From a virus: a stretch of DNA of 64,000 nucleotides. The stretch spans positions 20,061 to 84,060 of IMG/VR virus record IMGVR_UViG_3300032284_001133; one strand, written 5' to 3'. Of the stretch, positions 58,401-64,000 are shown in pieces. Numbering within the stretch: the first letter of the stretch is position 1; each line of letters opens with the position of its first letter. The translations under genes were made by a program, and so were the position numbers. The notes under the pieces were generated by a model. That model ran no database searches and was not told the DNA's origin. It worked only from the letters and a program-made list of their open reading frames with translations.

Positions 58401-60704
58401 AGAGTTGCAAGCAGTAGTAGTCAAATTGCTCAGATTATTTCTGATCCTGCTCTAGGACCAAGTTTAACTTTTGGTACTACTCTTGCTAATTCGTTATATG
58501 GATCATTAAATGCACCAACAGGCTACCTAACATTAGTTGCAGGATCATCTAGAGATATTAAGATTTACGGAGCCGCAACTACAAATAGCGTATGGATTAG
58601 TAATTCAACTGGTAACGTTGCTATCAATAAAGCGCCTTCTGCGTACACATTAGATGTTGGCGGTACAGTCAATATTTCAAGTACTTCATCAAGCACAGGT
58701 ACTGCATATGGCGCATTAGTAATTGCTGGTGGGGTTGGTATCGGCGGCGGTTTTTACGCAAACACATCTTCGTACATTAATGGTGCGATTGTATTAACCA
58801 GCGCAACAGTTAACCAGTATGCAAGTCAAACAATTATTTCAGCTGGTACAGATACAGCAGTTAGTACCTCAACTGGCAATGTTACAATTTGGGACATCAG
58901 TACATTACAGTCAGTAACAGGTCGAGGCAACTCAACCACTAACGTTGTAATTCTAAACAGTACAACATACAGTACAAATACAATAGTTGGTAATACATTA
59001 CAAATTCCAACTGGCGGTGTAGGTACAAATTACTTGTATATTGCTACCGCTGGCTTTATTAACGGACAACAGATTGTTACGACCGCAACAGCCAATGCGG
59101 CGGTTACAGCATTTAACGGTGGTACAATTACAACTCCTTTATATATTAATACCACAACTGTTTCAACAGGAACAAGTTCGGGAGCATTAATTGTAGGTGG
59201 TGGAGTTGGCATAGCTGGATCATTGTTTGTAGGCGGTACAACTTATCTATCAGGTGATTTATATGTAGATGGAACACAGACTGTAATTAACAGCGTTTTA
59301 GAAGCTACACAAGATAAGACATTAACATTAGGTAATAGTTTATTACAAGCAAGCACAAACGGCGCAGGTATTCAAATTGGATCAACTGCAACACCGTTTA
59401 TCAGTTGGTTGTATGATGGTGGCAATAACTGGAAATCGAGCAACGGTATTTTAGTTACAAACACTGCAACTATTGGTAGTGGTACAGCATCTAGCAGTTC
59501 TTCAACAGGTGCATTAATTGTTGCAGGTGGTGCAGGAATTAGCGGTACATTATATGTTGGTGGAATAGTTTCTGGAAACGTAACAGCTACAAATATTTCA
59601 GCTAGTTCAACTGCAACTATTAACTATGCTAATATCACAACGGCAACAATTAGTACAGCAACTATTGGTTCACTAACAATTCTTACTTCTGATACAGATA
59701 AAGGTACATTAAGTGTTAGCGGATTGGTAACATTTACAAATACAACAAATGCATCTAGCACTACAACTGCCGCAGTAGTAGTTACTGGTGGCATTGGCGT
59801 TGGTGGAAATGCTTACATAGGCGGATTATTAACTTCTACAACATTAGTTGTAGCAAATACAGCAACTATTTTAAGTACAGCAACAAGCACAAGTACAACA
59901 ACAGGTGCATTAATAGTAGGTGGCGGAGTTGGAGTCGGCGGAGCAGTTTACGCTGGCGGCAATATGTATTCCAATGGTGCTCTTGTATTAACAACAGCAA
60001 GTTTAGGTTCAAGCGGCGGAGTTGGTGTAACCACAATCACTGCTGGTACAGATACTGCGGTAAGTGCGTCAACTGGCCCTGTAATTATTTGGAATACAGG
60101 TACATTACTAAGCATAACCAGCAGAGGTGCGACAAGTACAAGTACAATTACTTTAACAAACTTAACAGCAAGTACAAGTACAACAACTGGTGCATTAATT
60201 GTTGCAGGCGGTATTGGTGTTGCTGGATCAGTAATGTTAGGATCTGGTGCTGTACAACGAGGACAGGCTTCTTTAGTACAGGCTAGCGGTCAATTTGTAA
60301 ATCCGGGTGATGCACAATCTAGCGTTTATACATTAAGAATAGCATCAATTGGAAGCACACCTAGCCCATTAACAACAGACGGTGGAGTAGCAGGAGCAAC
60401 TAATCAGGTTGTAATGCCAAATAATGCTGTGTTTACATTCCGTGTATTAATAACTGCAAAATCTACCACAAATACAGATAATGCAGGTTGGGAATTTAAT
60501 GGTGTAGCAACTCGTGGAGCAAATGCGGCAACTACCACATTACAGCGTGTAAATAAAAATAAAATTTGGTACAGCAATGCGGCATGGGATGCAAACGTTA
60601 CTGTAGACACCACAAACGGTGCTATACAAATTACAGGCACAGGTGACGGTGTTAACAACATTAGATTTGTAGCTAGAATTGAAACAGCAGAGGTTACAAA
60701 CTAA
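52410..60704 (+). CDS. Giant Thr/Gly/Ser-rich fibre protein with central beta-helix (pectin-lyase-like) domain
   Basis: N-terminal FPSNPNIGDTYT...WVWNG.GW; ten TAGTDTAVSxSTG...STLxSVTSRG modules; central FYVSVSNGNDSYNG...PFATLGKAL...VYVEAGTYTE domain. Confidence 0.8.
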   Translation: MATLGFPSNPNIGDTYTLGTRTWVWNGNGWQLQSGITSFDPFTANRIIVTTSTNSTSTTTGGLVVYGGAGIGENLWVGGDTTIRGSATFGGPVYFNGTATYIFSTNTYYTDNIIDLHVPPTGVDGQWSFDDTKDIGLRFHYYNRSLSTDSNAALILADDSQNLEWYGTGIETFGDFTSATYGTFKTGSIILVSTTTSYSSTSGALTVTGGVGIGGNLYANGIYDNNTRVISQINVGLGLGESAANGPIITLTNTGVLSLFGTSDISITTSTGNIIVSNTSTLQSITSRGAITDRIITLTNTSGSNSTTTGALLIAGGVGVGGNLYATAIYDNNSRVLTQATIGNFGVTSLTAGTDTAISTATGPVVVWTTSTLQSVTSRGAITPSAITITNSASSTSTTTGALVITGGVGIGGNVYANFIYGNSLYDSGNRVVTQVIPYAGPAIGITNLTTSGPQASFTILNLGVQAITTGSGIAISTSTGTVNIASVDTLQLVTNRGATTNNAINITNTTPSVDTTSGALVITGGVGVGGSLYGSALFDDGSRVLTQASIGSYGVTSLTAGTDTAVSSSTGAVIIWNTSTLDSVTRRGNSTTATVVFANTSSSSVAILGGLFVAGNEIVGGNLITTGTLIVQSPLSSVGTNSGALQVAGGVGIAGATYHGGNVKILSTTSATSTLTGALQVAGGVGVQGDLFIGGAFIYAGQLYDTGARVITTGTISQYAVTTLTAGTDTAVSASTGPVIIWNTSTLASITSRGATTPNIITITNTTTNTATSFTSGNALIVAGSIGANSINLSASSYINGAQILTTVTGIISAFNGGTIGNPLIIATGTQSVSTSTGALVVNGGVGIGGNLWVGGTTNFEGNVIFNGTATYVFASQNYYTENLIILHATTSTTGENSWTFDDGKDVGIIGDYYNTDLNTATQFFMGWRHGTGSFEFFDFGSQNTAGNFVGLYGDITAGNFYSQSTANSISTTTGAITTPGGVGIGSNLNVGGTAYVKGSPVLTLANLSVSTLTFYVSVSNGNDSYNGLSSLQPFATLGKALSVASNGTEVYVEAGTYTETFPLTVPAGVTVRGAGLRSTIVQPTSITNTQTGFLLNGQTLISDITVSNFYKPGYGFAFAPGCNITTKSPYLQRVSVITKGSVQTAIDPYGYGSGNAGNGVYLDASVLAPNSLEPAMLFNEVTFIVPNATGMYMTNGVRAELLNGFFYFANQAVYATSGNAGVSGAGQTRLKLSGVSGSFNTNDTISYRNTSGSVVASGTISNVANGYIYINGPSWGFTVGNAVNTQTVYSSSGGTASYISLADYHQFGAELRCIGSAAVFGNSGVTANGTGTDLKLIAFNMSFIGSQGNLTDDDTLTVQSNEVIQTNGGVVYYQTVDQEGNFRVGKFFEVNENTGVVSFSTASIALTTASSITLTDGTNYTILTPGNAQIGEVNIGGTTVGTLSGNLNLAPASGLTSVNGSLQLSGTLTVPSTTQAVSTTSGAVIVTGGVGIGGSLYAGNMFSNGSQVLTYGSLASAGVSSILAGTDIAVSSSTGVVTISNTSTLNSVLSRGSSTYQSISITGTGILSVATTVTAGQVYDSNARVVTTATIATYAVTNLTAGNDIFVSTSTGPVTISDISTFQSVTNRGAQTTNTVYFNNTGTSIVALGDITVTGTVTAGLITTPLFTATNAIITTASIIYANVTTASISTATIGSLVINTNETDNGTLTVGGLVSFTNTNSSTSTVSGALTVSGGVGIGGTLNASIIATPVLTATNAVITTASIIYATVTTATINTATISTATINFLTVSGLAAFTNNTASTSTQSGAVVVTGGVGIGGTLNASIIATPVLTATNITVSTLNVVTTETDTGSLTVGGIVQFTNTTNSTSTTTGAVLITGGLGIQGNLYGGNMYSNGAPVLTGSTLGGFGVTSLTAGTDTAVSTSTGNVVIWNTGTLQGVTSRGSSTNQAITISNTTPSANTGSGALIVSGGIGVSGQVYSTGFYSITTVGTSTVRVASSSSQIAQIISDPALGPSLTFGTTLANSLYGSLNAPTGYLTLVAGSSRDIKIYGAATTNSVWISNSTGNVAINKAPSAYTLDVGGTVNISSTSSSTGTAYGALVIAGGVGIGGGFYANTSSYINGAIVLTSATVNQYASQTIISAGTDTAVSTSTGNVTIWDISTLQSVTGRGNSTTNVVILNSTTYSTNTIVGNTLQIPTGGVGTNYLYIATAGFINGQQIVTTATANAAVTAFNGGTITTPLYINTTTVSTGTSSGALIVGGGVGIAGSLFVGGTTYLSGDLYVDGTQTVINSVLEATQDKTLTLGNSLLQASTNGAGIQIGSTATPFISWLYDGGNNWKSSNGILVTNTATIGSGTASSSSSTGALIVAGGAGISGTLYVGGIVSGNVTATNISASSTATINYANITTATISTATIGSLTILTSDTDKGTLSVSGLVTFTNTTNASSTTTAAVVVTGGIGVGGNAYIGGLLTSTTLVVANTATILSTATSTSTTTGALIVGGGVGVGGAVYAGGNMYSNGALVLTTASLGSSGGVGVTTITAGTDTAVSASTGPVIIWNTGTLLSITSRGATSTSTITLTNLTASTSTTTGALIVAGGIGVAGSVMLGSGAVQRGQASLVQASGQFVNPGDAQSSVYTLRIASIGSTPSPLTTDGGVAGATNQVVMPNNAVFTFRVLITAKSTTNTDNAGWEFNGVATRGANAATTTLQRVNKNKIWYSNAAWDANVTVDTTNGAIQITGTGDGVNNIRFVARIETAEVTN

Positions 60705-60719
60705 TGAATTTTATAACGA

Positions 60720-60725
60720 TAAATA
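60720..60725 (+). promoter_or_regulatory. Putative late promoter (TAAATA)
   Basis: GATAAATA 18 nt upstream of ATG 60744. Confidence 0.5.
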
Positions 60726-60743
60726 TTGGATTAGAGCAGAAAT

Positions 60744-64000
<3,257 letters not shown>

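Noticed and set aside
32268-60098. Diversity-generating retroelement template/variable repeats
   Set aside because: The repeat pairs are identical or differ at a non-adenine site, both copies are coding, and there is no reverse transcriptase in the window.

Overview
This is an AT-rich 64 kb segment of a large tailed-phage genome, a myovirus with T4-like head genes, covering most of the virion-morphogenesis region. From left to right: (1) a minus-strand baseplate block (gp6-, gp25-, gp5+GH19-, hub-, gp53- and gp48/54-like); (2) a plus-strand island behind sigma70 promoters, with a gp55-like late sigma factor, gp47/gp46 nuclease, an Hc1-like protein and a GIY-YIG protein; (3) a ~450 nt highly base-paired non-coding region; (4) a gp26/gp51-like ORF pair joined by a putative -1 frameshift, divergent from a tape-measure gene; (5) the head operon (gp20, core proteins, gp21, gp22, gp23); (6) ~37 kb of virion/fibre genes. 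The main observations are: two giant paralogous virion-type proteins carrying 19 copies of a ~160-aa module whose C-x-R-D-x-G-(Y/L)...G-G core matches the bilin-binding helix of phycobiliproteins, arranged in a nested AAA-BBB-AA-BB-A-B order; a candidate large ornate ncRNA next to the GIY-YIG gene; a lambda G/GT-type slippery site; structured 5' leaders; TAAATA late promoters, some predicting leaderless mRNAs; and apparent GCWGC avoidance. All family calls come from motifs recognised by eye; no database search was run.
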